From Octopus bimaculoides (lineage: Eukaryota): DNA of 37,143 nucleotides. Of this stretch, positions 11,038 through 23,945 are shown piece after piece. Position 1 is the stretch's first letter, and each line of letters opens with the position of its first letter. Below the pieces are notes generated by a model. The model was not told the DNA's origin and did no database searches. It saw only the letters and a list, made by a program, of their open reading frames with translations. A program made the translations under genes and the position numbers. The DNA lies in assembly GCF_001194135.2 (NCBI RefSeq), contig NC_068984.1:1003662-1040804 (forward strand). The letters run 5' to 3'.

Positions 11038-11730
11038 GATAAAATAAATCAACGCCATCATCATCTTTATCATCATCATCATCATCATCATCGTCGTTGT
11101 CGTCGTCGTCATCACCTCCACCACCACCAGCAGCAGCAATATCATCATAACCATAGTCGCCGTCATCATCATCGTCATCATGTATATATTCGACCGGCTG
11201 TTCCCTCCTTGGTCAGCTTTTGAGGTACTGGCCTCGTATGCCTTTTGAGATGCTGGTCGTGTCGGCCCTTTTAAAGTGCTTTTCCTACACCTACAGAGTA
11301 ATTCAAGTTCTGGACACACGAGTCCTTTGAGGCATTCGCCACAAAGCACTTTTGAAGTACTGGTGACGTAGGGCTATTGAAGCCCTGGTCACGAAGGGCT
11401 TTTCTGTCTATCATCTACCCATGACATTCTGAAGACCCATCTTCAGGTTACATCTTATCCTTTTCACAGCTTCTTCTTGTTTTTTTTCTTCTCACGTCTC
11501 TCTGTCATCCCACTCTCTGCCATTGTTCTGGATGACTGCGAACACGATTTTCATGTTCAGTTTTGTATTTATTAAAAAGAAAACAAGGCTAAAATAAAAT
11601 AAAATTTAAATGAAAAATATTCTTAATAAAATAAATCATCACCATCATCATCATCGTCGTCATCACCTCCACCGCCACCATCAGCAGTAGTATCATTATA
11701 ATCATAGTCGCCGTCATCATCATCATCATC
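11038..11730. repeat. Diverged direct duplication of a degenerate CAT/CGT/CAC trinucleotide block (11038-11181 and 11627-11730)
   Basis: Both copies share AAAATAAATCA..GTCGTCATCACCTCCACC..CAGCAG..ATCAT..CATAGTCGCCGTCATCATC. Confidence 0.8.
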
Positions 11731-11821
11731 ACCATCACCATCATCATCATCATCATCGATGTTATCATGATTTTTATTATTGAAATTGTTGTTTTTGTTG
11801 TAATAGTTTTAGTTGTTAACG

Positions 11822-11839
11822 ATAATAATAACAATGATC

Positions 11840-11915
<76 letters not shown>

Positions 11916-11940
11916 CGATGATGATGATGATAGTAATAAT
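11822..11940. repeat. (AAT)n microsatellite
   Basis: Read directly from the sequence. Confidence 0.95.
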
Positions 11941-12679
11941 CAATATTTCAAACAGTAATATAAGCAAGATTAACTGTAAAAATGAAATATTGTGCTTCGT
12001 TTCGTATCAGTATTATTTTTTTGTTGTTGTTTTGGAAAAAAAGATATGAAANNNNNNNNNNNNNNNNNNNNNNNNNNNNNNNNNNNNNNNNNNNNNNNNN
12101 NNNNNNNNNNNNNNNNNNNNNNNNNNNNNNNNNNNNNNNNNNNNNNNNNNNNNNNNNNNNNNNNNNNNNNNNNNNNNNNNNNNNNNNNNNNNNNNNNNNN
12201 NNNNNNNNNNNNNNNNNNNNNNNNNNNNNNNNNNNNNNNNNNNNNNNNNNNNNNNNNNNNNNNNNNNNNNNNNNNNNNNNNNNNNNNNNNNNNNNNNNNN
12301 NNNNNNNNNNNNNNNNNNNNNNNNNNNNNNNNNNNNNNNNNNNNNNNNNNNNNNNNNNNNNNNNNNNNNNNNNNNNGGAGGAGGAGGAGGAGGAGGAGGA
12401 GGGTGTGTAGTGATGATTATATTGATGACGAAAACGATTGGCTGAGAGAGCAGTGAATGAATAAATAATCGACTGTTGTTAAAATTAGCCATTTGTGAAG
12501 CTGTCGTCCGTCTGATGGATTCAAGTATTGAGCAACGTGTTTAGTGTTGCGTAATATTATAAACATTTGGTACTCTTTCTCTCTCAATGTTGAGTACCAT
12601 GTTAAAAGTGAGTACACGTTTTCTCTCAATGAGAAGTAGTATGAATAAGTTCAAGTTCCGTTGCAATAATGAGTAATAG

Positions 12680-12955
12680 GTGCCGGCGTGGCTTGCTTCC
12701 CAACCACATGGTTCCAGGTTCAGTCCTACTGTATGGCACCTTGGGCAAGTGCCTTCTACTGTAGCCTCGGGCCGACCAAAGCTTTGTGAGTGGATTTGGT
12801 AGACGGAAACTGAAAGAAGCCCGTCGTATATATATGCATATACTTATGTGTGTGTCTTTGTGTCTATGTTTGTCCCCCCCCCCCATCACCACCACTATCG
12901 TTTGACAACCAATATTGGTGTGTTTACGTCCCTGTAACTTAGAGGTTCGGCAGAA
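12680..12955 (+). mobile_element. SINE family B (CORE-type), 3'-truncated
   Basis: CCAACCACATGGTTCCAGGTTCAGTCC..TGGCACCTTGGGCAAGTG (CORE-like)..GGAAACTGAAAGAAGCCCGTCG, an internal TA/TG tract, then the start of the body. Confidence 0.88.
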
Positions 12956-12957
12956 TA

Positions 12958-13270
12958 GTCAAGAAGGAAAGCGAAAAGATAGGTAGATAGATAGATACAA
13001 CCCTCTTAAGTACGAAATAGCACGGCTATGGAAAATGAAGAAGGTGAAGATAGTCCCAGTTATTGTTGGGTCTTTGAGAACAGTATCAGAAGGCATTAAG
13101 AGGAATATAAAGGAAATTGGAGTAGAGTGCCCAGTAGAACTGTTAGAAAAGGTTTGCCTCCTTGGCATTGCAAGAATACTCAGGAAAGTATTAGATAGCA
13201 GAAAATAATGAATATCATGGCACCGTAGGCTGCGGTTAGTAAGCCCGCTACGCATGCAAGAGACCAACAA

Positions 13271-13304
<34 letters not shown>

Positions 13305-13320
13305 TTAATAATAATAATAG
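12958..13320 (+). mobile_element. 5'-truncated R4/Dong-type LINE 3' end with (TAA)n tail
   Basis: KKESEKIGR / YNPLKYEIARLWKMKKVKIVPVIVGSLRTV..LEKVCLLGIARILRKVLD* (frameshifted by a TAGA expansion), short UTR, (TAA)n from about 13272. Confidence 0.85.
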
Positions 13321-14104
13321 CAACAACAACAACAACAACAATATGTCNNNNNNNNNNNNNNNNNNNNNNNNNNNNNNNNNNNNNNNNNNNNNNNNNNNNN
13401 NNNNNNNNNNNNNNNNNNNNNNNNNNNNNNNNNNNNNNNNNNNNNNNNNNNNNNNNNNNNNNNNNNNNNNNNNNNNNNNNNNNNNNNNNNNNNNNNNNNN
13501 NNNNNNNNNNNNNNNNNNNNNNNNNNNNNNNNNNNNNNNNNNNNNNNNNNNNNNNNNNNNNNNNNNNNNNNNNNNNNNNNNNNNNNNNNNNNNNNNNNNN
13601 NNNNNNNNNNNNNNNNNNNNNNNNNNNNNNNNNNNNNNNNNNNNNNNNNNNNNNNNNNNNNNNNNNNNNNNNNNNNNNNNNNNNNNNNNNNNNNNNNNNN
13701 NNNNNNNNNNNNNNNNNNNNNNNNNNNNNNNNNNNNNNNNNNNNNNNNNNNNNNNNNNNNNNNNAGGAGGAGGAGGAGGAGGAGGAGGGGGGCCTGAAAG
13801 AGTATGTGATGCGTTAAAATAAATCTATTGAAGATTTTCTTGAGATTCATTTATTAATTAATGAGAAGTGGAGAAGAAACAGCATAGCGTTCGTAGTCTG
13901 TCCAAGGAAAAGGAGCAGCGGGTATGATATAAGACACTCTATGCCGATAGGTGAAACCCAGGATACGAAGAGACTGACTCGGCTGAGATAAAATATCTTA
14001 CTATTCTCATTTGTGGTACTTAAAGCGAAACGGATTCTATATATATACATACATGTATGTATGTATGTATGTACGCATAAAAATATCACTCTGGGAACAT
14101 AACA

Positions 14105-14390
14105 ACATTACGTCACAATTACTTCTCCCCAACCGGTCCAGCTCTCTTTAATACCAAAATACGTCAAAACGGAAACGGATCCCATAAAATTCAAATGTTT
14201 ACTGGACAAATTTCTTCGAAAAATCCCAGACCAACCTCCTACACCCGGATATGTCTCCAGCAATAACAACTCTTTGCTAGTGTGAGCCATGGTGTCCCAT
14301 ATATGACTAAAAGACTTCACCGGGTGATGCTATTAAGTTAGACATGGCCTGGGCCTATACAAGCCGAAACCTATCAAAGTTATCAAAGTA
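14105..14390 (+). mobile_element. 3' end of a CR1/L2-type LINE
   Basis: RHNYFSPTGPALFN / KYVKTETDPIKFKCLLDKFLRKIPDQPPTPGYVSSNNNSLL fits the CR1/L2-like RT C-terminus (GP.LFN.LP...FK..LD.FL..IPDQP..GY...NSL). Ends in an ATCAAAGT duplication followed by (TA)n. Confidence 0.75.
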
Positions 14391-15156
14391 TATATATATA
14401 TATATATATATATATNNNNNNNNNNNNNNNNNNNNNNNNNNNNNNNNNNNNNNNNNNNNNNNNNNNNNNNNNNNNNNNNNNNNNNNNNNNNNNNNNNNNN
14501 NNNNNNNNNNNNNNNNNNNNNNNNNNNNNNNNNNNNNNNNNNNNNNNNNNNNNNNNNNNNNNNNNNNNNNNNNNNNNNNNNNNNNNNNNNNNNNNNNNNN
14601 NNNNNNNNNNNNNNNNNNNNNNNNNNNNNNNNNNNNNNNNNNNNNNNNNNNNNNNNNNNNNNNNNNNNNNNNNNNNNNNNNNNNNNNNNNNNNNNNNNNN
14701 NNNNNNNNNNNNNNNNNNNNNNNNNNNNNNNNNNNNNNNNNNNNNNNNNNNNNNNNNNNNNNNNNNNNNNNNNNNNNNNNNNNNNNNNNNNNNNNNNNNN
14801 NNNNNNNNNNNNNNNNNNNNNNNNNNNNNNNNNNNNNNNNNNNNNNNNNNNNNNNNNNNNNNNNNNNNNNNNNNNNNNNNNNNNNNNNNNNNNNNNNNNN
14901 NNNNNNNNNNNNNNNNNNNNNNNNNNNNNNNNNNNNNNNNNNNNNNNNNNNNNNNNNNNNNNNNNNNNNNNNNNNNNNNNNNNNNNNNNNNNNNNNNNNN
15001 NNNNNNNNNNNNNNNNNNNNNNNNNNNNNNNNNNNNNNNNNNNNNNNNNNNNNNNNNNNNNNNNNNNNNNNNNNNNNNNNNNNNNNNNNNNNNNNNNNNN
15101 NNNNNNNNNNNNNNNNNNNNNNNNNNNNNNNNNNNNNNNNNNNNNNNNNNNNNNNN

Positions 15157-15219
<63 letters not shown>

Positions 15220-15247
15220 GAGATGGAGAGGGAGAGACATATATATA

Positions 15248-15375
15248 TATACGACGGGCTTCTTTCAGTTTCCGCCTACTAAATCCACTCACAAGGCTTT
15301 GGTCAGCAATAGCAAAGGACACTTGCCCAAGATACCACGCAGTGAGACTGAACCCGGAACCATGTGGCTGTGAAG
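15248..15375 (-). mobile_element. SINE family B head/CORE segment
   Basis: Reverse complement of CCACATGGTTCCGGGTTCAGTC..TTGGGCAAGTGTC..GAAACTGAAAGAAGCCCGTCG. Confidence 0.82.
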
Positions 15376-15437
15376 CATATATATACGCAGCCACGTATAT
15401 ATATATACACACACATATATGTGTATATATATATGTG

Positions 15438-15470
<33 letters not shown>

Positions 15471-15861
15471 ATGTAAATACTTATGTATATATGTATATAT
15501 ATAGGTATATGATATGTCTATCTCTCCCTCTTTCTCTGTTTCTCTCTCTCTCGTTGCTCACACGTGACCATCGTCCATCTTTCTCTTCCTCACGTGATCA
15601 TCTTTCTTTTCTTTCACGATTGTCGTAAGAACAGCACGTAACCTTTCTCTCTCTTATATCTCTTCTCTTGTCAAAGAAAATATTTCTCCAGCGTTCGCTA
15701 CTTTTACCTTTGTTCAGGTCTAAAGACCGTCTATGTATGTTTTCGTTCGGTTTCCTTGTTTGTCGCCAGACAGATAGATAGATAGACAGATAGATAGATA
15801 GATACATACATACATACATACATACATACATACATACATACATACATACATACATGCGAAA

Positions 15862-15990
15862 GTGACCGATACGATAAGTACTAGGCTTTAAAAAAAGTCC
15901 TGGGGTCGATTTTCTTTCGACTAAATCATCCATGGTGGTGCCCCAGCATGGTCGCAGTCAAATGACTGAAACAAGGGAAAGATAAATGAT
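15862..15990 (+). mobile_element. SINE family B, 3' fragment
   Basis: GATAAGTACTAGGCTT..AAGTCCTGGGGTCGAT..CCAGCATGGTCGCAGTCAAATGACTGAAAC. Confidence 0.8.
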
Positions 15991-16586
15991 ACAAGTAAGA
16001 TAACTCTTACGTTGCATTCTATATTACATACAAGTGCATGTGTCCGTACACTAATGCATATACACGCGCACATGAATACGAACGCATGTCGTGTGCGTCT
16101 ATGCATGTATGTATGTATATTATAAAGTAGGTTTTTGGCGTGTGCAGTTGTATGTGTGGATGTGTAATTCCTAACGAGCTGATTACTATTACCAATTCCA
16201 TAAACCTAATGATTCCCATTGGTCTATTGTAATCAGTGCATGTTTTAATGTTACTTGGCCAGTTCGATGTCTCCGCTATTGTCATTAAATTCAGACAAGA
16301 GATCATTCATTATTCATTTCCCCTCATTCGCCGCTACCTGACTTCATCTCCAACAGAGGTGAGAAAATTAAATTAACGTCTGTCTGAGCATGTTTCACTC
16401 AGATCTACACACTTGTTTTTGGCATGGACACATGAACTTACGTTAGGTGTGTGAGGCTGACCTTCTTGAACAGTACGGCAGATTTAATGTAATTGAATGT
16501 GCGCACACATACACGTATAACTATACATACACTATATACATGCATGTATGTATATACACATTTATATAAATGTTTACACACACACA

Positions 16587-16632
<46 letters not shown>

Positions 16633-16814
16633 NNNNNNNNNNNNNNNNNNNNNNNNNNNNNNNNNNNNNNNNNNNNNNNNNNNNNNNNNNNNNNNNNNNN
16701 NNNNNNNNNNNNNNNNNNNNNNNNNNNNNNNNNNNNNNNNNNNNNNNNNNNNNNNNNNNNNNNNNNNNNATATATATATGCATATATATATATTAGTTAC
16801 TTGGGACGTAGACA

Positions 16815-17180
16815 GTATTAGTTCAAATTAGCGACCTATATATCATACTTAAAGTATATATGCTATTGAAAGCTTTCTAGTGAGATATTCATCTCGATAA
16901 AGCATCGCTTGTGAAGGTACGATACAGAAATATACCGAAATATTTTGACAGTAGACGAAATTCATCCTACAGTGGCGGTGTGATTGTTATATCCATATTT
17001 CTGCCTCTGAGTTAAAAATTCCATCGTCACTGCTCCACGAATTTCGTCTGCTGCTAAAATATTTCGCTATATTTCTGTATTGTATGTTCATAAGCGATGC
17101 TTTCTCGAGACCAACTAGAAAGCGTTCAACATAATATATGCTTTAAGTATGATATATAGATTGCTAATTTAGACTAATAC
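16815..17180. mobile_element. Long-TIR palindromic MITE-like element (~366 bp)
   Basis: Arms 16815-16980 and 17022-17180 are imperfect reverse complements (e.g. TATATATCATACTTAAAG, GCTTTCTAGT, AAAGCATCGCTT, TACAGAAATATA, GACGAAATTC), separated by a ~41-bp spacer. Confidence 0.8.
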
Positions 17181-17445
17181 AGCTTTCCTCGTAAACAACG
17201 AGGTAATGGCTAAATGCAACATCAGTAATCTTTCAATTACCATTTAAATCAGTGATTTGCGCTGACCATACTCTGCCAGGTTGTATTTGCTACTTTTCTA
17301 TTTCAAAGCAATATTTATTTCTTTAAGGCGAGTACTTACGATATTGGTTATTTTACTGAGCCGTTAAGTTACCTCGACATAAACAAACCAACACCAGTTT
17401 TCAAGCGGTGATAAATATAAGCAGGTGCACACACAAACACACACA

Positions 17446-17491
<46 letters not shown>

Positions 17492-18125
17492 AACAAACAA
17501 TCTCTCTCTCACATACACATACAAACAATCTCTCTCTCTCTCACAAGCGTTTACAAACAAACAATCTCACACACATCAAAACAGAAAAGTGAAAAAAAAA
17601 AATTCGCTATGTACTAAACTTTTCCTATCTTCTGTTTTGATATAGAATTCGCTAAATCGTTGTGTATAACACATTTAAAATACTATAGATATACACATGA
17701 ATTGGCATGTCTATCGATAAAGGTATTCTGAGAATGATATCGAATGGTTCAATATGGGATTAGGGAAGGAGTACTCGTGCGAGAAATAACTGAAAGTTGT
17801 TGGACGTAGATCCAGAACACAGCCTAATTCTATTATGTGTAGTGACATTACATCAGTATACCACATTTCCTAAGACAGTGTCTCTTAAGTGGACATTGAC
17901 TGCCGTCCTACAATTACATCTATTCTTAGTATTCTTCATATTGTCTATGAATGTTGTAATAGCACGTAGCAAAGGAGGAACGTACTATTATATCTGCTTT
18001 TATCTTATTGTTATTAACCTGTCGTTTTAAATGAATGAGCCCTGAAAACTATAATGGGGTTTCTTTATGGCTTCCATTAACATTATCCTTCTAAATATTT
18101 TATAAACGCTTATTATTAGTTTTAT

Positions 18126-18157
18126 CACAGACAGACAGACATTCAGACAGAAAGACT

Positions 18158-18199
<42 letters not shown>

Positions 18200-18224
18200 T
18201 ATACAGACAGACAGACAGACAGAC

Positions 18225-18278
<54 letters not shown>

Positions 18279-18305
18279 GGATAGAGAGATAGATAAGGAT
18301 AGAGA
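18126..18305. repeat. (GACA)n/(GATA)n tetranucleotide microsatellite
   Basis: Read directly from the sequence. Confidence 0.95.
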
Positions 18306-18559
18306 TATAAATATGAATGGGTGTACGTATATGTATAGAAGTAGTTATGACTAAATGATTAAGATGTTTGCAACTATGAGATCCTAGATTCGATTCTGGC
18401 GTGTGGCAGCTTGTGTGTCTGCCTTTCCTAAAGACTGGCTGATGAAATAGGACAATTAGAAATTGCGGAATATCTAACCACTGCCATCTAATCGAATGAA
18501 CAAGTCGTCTATTTGATCGGACAATTGAATGCTCATAATATTTTAGCAGAGGATAAAAA

Positions 18560-19560
18560 CATTGCATATCGCCAATTCTACAAAACGTCAGCACCAGAAA
18601 GATGTGCTCGGAATCTACAACCTGCTTATCAGTTGTATACAGGGTCAACTGTAATAATATCATCGAAAAAATACATCGTCACCTAGAAAACGACTGAATT
18701 TCAATGAAATACAATGGATATAACGAAGGGGGCTGATATGTTAATATCGATCATTAACCAAGAAAAATATAACCGAAGACTGTAGGAGGAGAAAGAAGAT
18801 TCTGAGTATGGCTGGGACTAATTACCAGAAGAATTTTGATTACCGTTTCACACTTGTTGATTTTGGAAATATTTGCCATGGATAAGGTGGTACCACTTAT
18901 AGACAGATACATTAAACACGTCATGGATGAATGGTAAAACACTTCAGCAGATACAAGCAAGAGAAAAAAACAAAGAGAAAGAAACATTTACCTTTCCTAT
19001 TGCAGGAAGACTCCCTCTCGCCACGCCTTTTCTGTTTAGAGCTAAAACCGTTAACCAGAATCGGTCATAAATAATTGTATGGGAGGGTACTTAATATTGT
19101 TTTGTATATGGATGACCTACAAATATATATTGTAGATGATAAAATAGTAGAAACACTATGTACGAGTGCGCTAGAGAAATTGACAAGAAGTTTAGTTAGG
19201 AAAACTACGCCAAGGTAACCTTGAAGAGAAGGAAATTAATAAAAGACATTGACATCATGTGAGATAAAGAAATATATATCAAACAATGAGATCAAACATA
19301 GACTTACAAATATCTAAGAATTAATTTAGTCGACAGACTACAACACTTATACAAATACGTATTTGATTAATAATTTAATTAGAATAATGAGCTTAATACA
19401 GAGATAAATACAACGTGAAAATGGTGATAGGTATTAATACTATCGCTGTTGCTATAACAGATTTATAGTTCAACAAGATTTAGAAGTCACCGCAAGAAAG
19501 ATTACTCAAAAATTATATTTTCCAGAAATAGTGAGAAGCAGATGCATTGTGTAATTAGAA
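18560..19560 (+). mobile_element. Heavily decayed R4/Dong-type reverse transcriptase fragment
   Basis: Frameshifted motifs: TTCLSVVY; TEDCRRRKKILSMAGTNYQKNFD (cf. LSMAWIDYKKAFD); EDSLSPRLFCL (cf. GDSLSPLLFC); LYMDDLQIY (YMDD); KYLRI; GINTIAV. Confidence 0.75.
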
Positions 19561-20720
19561 AATGATTATAAAATATCTACTGTTGGACTACAAAAAATAT
19601 CCGGTAAAGACAAAAGGAAAATTAATATAACACATGACACAAAATATGACACGCAAAAAAACTGGTGTGTGTCATATTCTGTTGTCAAGGAAACCAAGCA
19701 ATATAAAACGAAGACTAGACAAGTCGTGAGAAAAACGAAGAAGCAAAAACAAAAATTTATTTAAAAATAAAGAAAAATACATATCGAAAACTGTGAGGAC
19801 TTGGACATAAACACAAAGATACAACGCTGCTGAAACTGAACATCGAACATACACACAGCGTTGCGATATGCAGTAAATATAAAGCTCTTGGACACTGATG
19901 ATGATGCTGATGATGATGATGATGATGATGATGATGCTGCTGATGATGATGATGATGATGAGAAGGAAGAGGAGGTGGGGTATTTCTTTTTAATATTCGA
20001 CAATAATGATAGCAATAAAGTTATTACGAAATGATCAAGCTGGAATGTGACAGTTGTGAAGAATTGGTGGAGTTTTGTTATCATCATTAACTGATTATCC
20101 ATCTTTACTCAAGCAAACAAAGCTCGATCCTATTAACGTTGAAAAACAGTGTTTTGAATGTCTTCCTTTAGAAATCAGCGCTGACTAAAGCAGAGAATTG
20201 GTTTACATTCAGAATGAATTCGTCATTGCAATGTATCAATATCAATAAACTGTTGAATTTGTTTCAGCTAAGTTTGAATTATTTGAGTTATTTAAAATAA
20301 CGTATTGAATATCAATATTGATCAAATATGAAAGGTAACAACACTATAGAATAGAAAATTGTTAGGAAAAAAAAAACTACAGACTTGAATGGTTTTAACT
20401 TTGTTTCTACATAAGACAGCAAATAATGTGAGTCATATGACACGCAGTTAATTATTCCACCACAATGAAGCACAAGGAACATTAGAATCCTTAAAAGATT
20501 AAAAGAAAAATTGTTTTCCCCAAATAACAGACTTAAAAAATGTATTTGCTTCACACAATTCAGGAAGTTATCTTCAGTCACGAAGTGTAAAATAAGTGAA
20601 TAGACTTCCTGGTAATACACTTATTTCACAGTTTACACCGGTTTCAACAACATACGGGTGATAAATCATTTAACAAGTTGGTAAGCATGGATGAGCAGAA
20701 TGATTATGTAACATCTGTAT

Positions 20721-20762
<42 letters not shown>

Positions 20763-20845
20763 GAGAATGTACGAAAAAACAACAACAGACGAGGACACGT
20801 GGTGTAAATAACAAAAGGATGTATTAGTATGACGCTCAGGAATAC

Positions 20846-21132
20846 GGAAAGTCTTTGACGTTTCGAGCTACGCTCTTCAACAGAAAGAATACGGAGACAA
20901 GGAGAAAAACACGGAGAAAAAAAATTGAATAGAGAAAAAAAATTGGAGAAAATCGACATATCTATGTATTTATCTATCTATCCATCTCTCTCTCTCTCTG
21001 TCTGTCTCTCTTATCCGTCTATCGCCATGTTGGACCACTGAACTCAATACGCTTTTTTTAATTCTCTTTCTATTTATTTCCTCTTATTCCTTTCTGTCAA
21101 AGGGCGTAAGCTCGAAACGTAAAAGACTTTTC
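20846..21132. repeat. Divergent inverted pair of ~45-bp hammerhead-like repeat motifs (Penelope-tail type)
   Basis: Minus-strand copy 20846-20889 reads UCUUU-CUGUUGA-A-GAGC-GUA-GCUC-GAAAC-GUC-AAAGA. Plus-strand copy 21087-21132 reads CUUU-CUGUCAA-A-GGGC-GUAA-GCUC-GAAAC-GUA-AAAG. Confidence 0.6.
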
Positions 21133-21645
21133 CATTTTTCCCAAATTATACACTTGCTTGTTGTTCCTACACCTATACCTGCATACACACACACATACAC
21201 ACACACACATAATATATATATATATATATATNNNNNNNNNNTACTTATTCAATTTAAATAAAAGGTTGATATTAACTTTAAAGTTTCACTGATCATTGGC
21301 TACTCTTGTGGCACCTTTAGTAAAGCACTTCTTGGATTAAATTTCCTGCCCATGTAATTGTGTGGTTGAATGTCATTAACATACACTGTGGAATATTTGA
21401 GGCTGACAGTTAATAAACATACAGCTGAGATTACTAATTTGTGAATAGATGGACAGTGGTCATCTTTCAACTCCTCCTAATCGATAATTTGATGTCGTCT
21501 GCCACCAATTGTTTGAAAATCGAAACACTAAACGACATTCTAATTTATAGGAGACATTAGAATATTATTTGCGCCGGACTAAGGTGTGATATATTGTCAA
21601 TACGAACAGAATAAATCATTGCACTTGCAGATCCATGGAGTGGGA

Positions 21646-22057
<412 letters not shown>

Positions 22058-22589
22058 GGTTATTGTACTTACAGGTATGTAGATTAATAAGTAAGCGGAA
22101 TGGTGTTGTTTGACAGATGGGAAGACGAAGATGAAGAATGATCATTTTGAAACTTTAATATCGTTCTTGAAATTAAGAAATAAATCAGTCAGAAGAGACA
22201 ACAGTAAAATTCTTGCCAGAAAATTGCTAGAATTAAGAACAGCAAGATTTTAAAGTTGAGACATTCGCTTCAATGGATAGATCTGTGTAATAAATCTCAG
22301 GATTGTTAGCGTTTTATGGACAATCATTTACTGAATTGAAATCACTTACGTATAAACAAAAATCTTTGCCGAGATGTGAGAATATATCTTTAGGAGAGCA
22401 ACAGAAACGATAGAATCTATGAAAAGAGGTCATCACTATAACAGTTTTATATTCTGATCTTAGCAATGTAAGTCTCAGTTGAAACAGTCGAATTGGCAGT
22501 CACCTTCCTGATAGCTAAACAACAACACTGCCTAATAACTTCTTTGAACAGTAGAATCTGGAAAGAGAAAGAATTAAGACGATTGTCGT

Positions 22590-22715
22590 CATGACCAGAC
22601 TCTTTAGATCGTGGTTTCGATTCCCGGACCAGGTGGAGCGTTGTGTTCTTGAGGAAAACATCTTATTTCACGTCCATTCATTAGTTCCAGTTGGAAAACT
22701 GACCCTGTGACCGAG
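22590..22715 (+). mobile_element. Decayed tRNA-derived SINE head (CORE-like)
   Basis: B-box-like GGTTTCGATTCCC followed by GCGTTGTGTTCTTGAGGAAAACA. Confidence 0.45.
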
Positions 22716-23814
22716 GGTCAGTGTTGTTATCTTAGTCACTTAAACCCTTGCAAAGCGGGTTAGACTCCAGCCTTATCACCACAAACCGACGTCCTAAGTC
22801 AGCTGGTATAACCTTACAGTGTACAGGGTTATATCATCTGAAGATAAATATTCGTCTTACTTTTATTAAGAAGATTCTCAAAGCAGCCATTTCTGAAAGA
22901 TAGAAGCAACTGTCACAGATATTAAATCGATAAAGCGTTAAACCGATATTTTACCTTTGTATATGAGGAAGGATTCACCTTGTTTCAATCCACCCAGCTG
23001 AAAAGAGCACTAGAAGTGTAGGTCGAGGGTCGGGGGTCAACCTAGAATTTATTGGCCTCCCGTTCAGTGAGGATTTTTGTGCTCTCTGTCGCCTAAACGT
23101 TTCGAAAATCTGGATAAGTTGTAATGAGTATCAGCTGGGTGATATCTGTGCAGGCTTCTTTCCTTCCATCCTTTACAATCTGTGAATGTTCTGCGGCGTC
23201 AGTGATGTGAGGACGAACTGGATGTCAATGATTTTCACCGCTACTTAGGCGTTGAAAACAATTAGCGAATGCATTGCACATGGTACCAAGCGATACTCAC
23301 TGGTTGCAATTTTATATAAAGTATTAAAACAAAAACAGAATACAGTTGAAAAACAACACATAAAGAAAACAAACTATTAGAATATTAATTTGACCTTTGA
23401 TAAGAGAATAGGATGTCGGTGAGGTTACGAGAGAGATATTTTGTGTGTAAGGAAAATATTTAAGAATAATGAGTGGCGGGTAGGAGATTTAAGATGATGA
23501 AAGTCTATAAGCCGGGAGTAAAGGCTATACAAAGAGATGGAGTGAGAAAGTAAGTCATTGCATAAAATGAGACGCTTTGTACATGGGTGAGACGGGTTGC
23601 AGAGAAAAGAGAGTAGATTGATTCAAATACAGTTTATTTAATATTCTATGTAACAACTTTGAATCTCCAACCTGTTGCATGATATTTAAACATACCTGGT
23701 CACTTCTAAAGTCACCTTTCTATATTGGGTCTACTCCAGTACGAGGACCACCCTTCTGATTTTTCAGCTGGAAATATTCTTTCCCTCTGAAAATAAGTAT
23801 CACAGCATGTCTAC

Positions 23815-23945
23815 CTCGAAAATTAAGGAGTTTCTCCGGGTCGAACTGCTACATCACCGCATTGAGAGGTCGCAGCTCCGGTACTACGGGCATGTCGTTA
23901 GAATGTCGCAAGAAAGAATCATAAGACAGATTCTTCAAGCCGATC
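23815..23945 (+). mobile_element. RTE-clade LINE C-terminal fragment
   Basis: EFLRVELLHHRIERSQLRYYGHVVRMSQERIIRQILQA fits the RTE motif (IE..QLRW.GHV.RM..ER.P.Q.L). Confidence 0.8.

Noticed and set aside
13847-13988. Possible minus-strand exon after a ttttatctcag acceptor (PSQSLRILGFTYRHRVSY.. or LSRVSLFVSW..)
   Set aside because: No recognisable homology in either frame and no supported partner exon.
20625-20685. GAAACCGGU motif on the minus strand resembling a hammerhead 3' half
   Set aside because: No CUGANGA core or helix II upstream, and G at the cleavage position.
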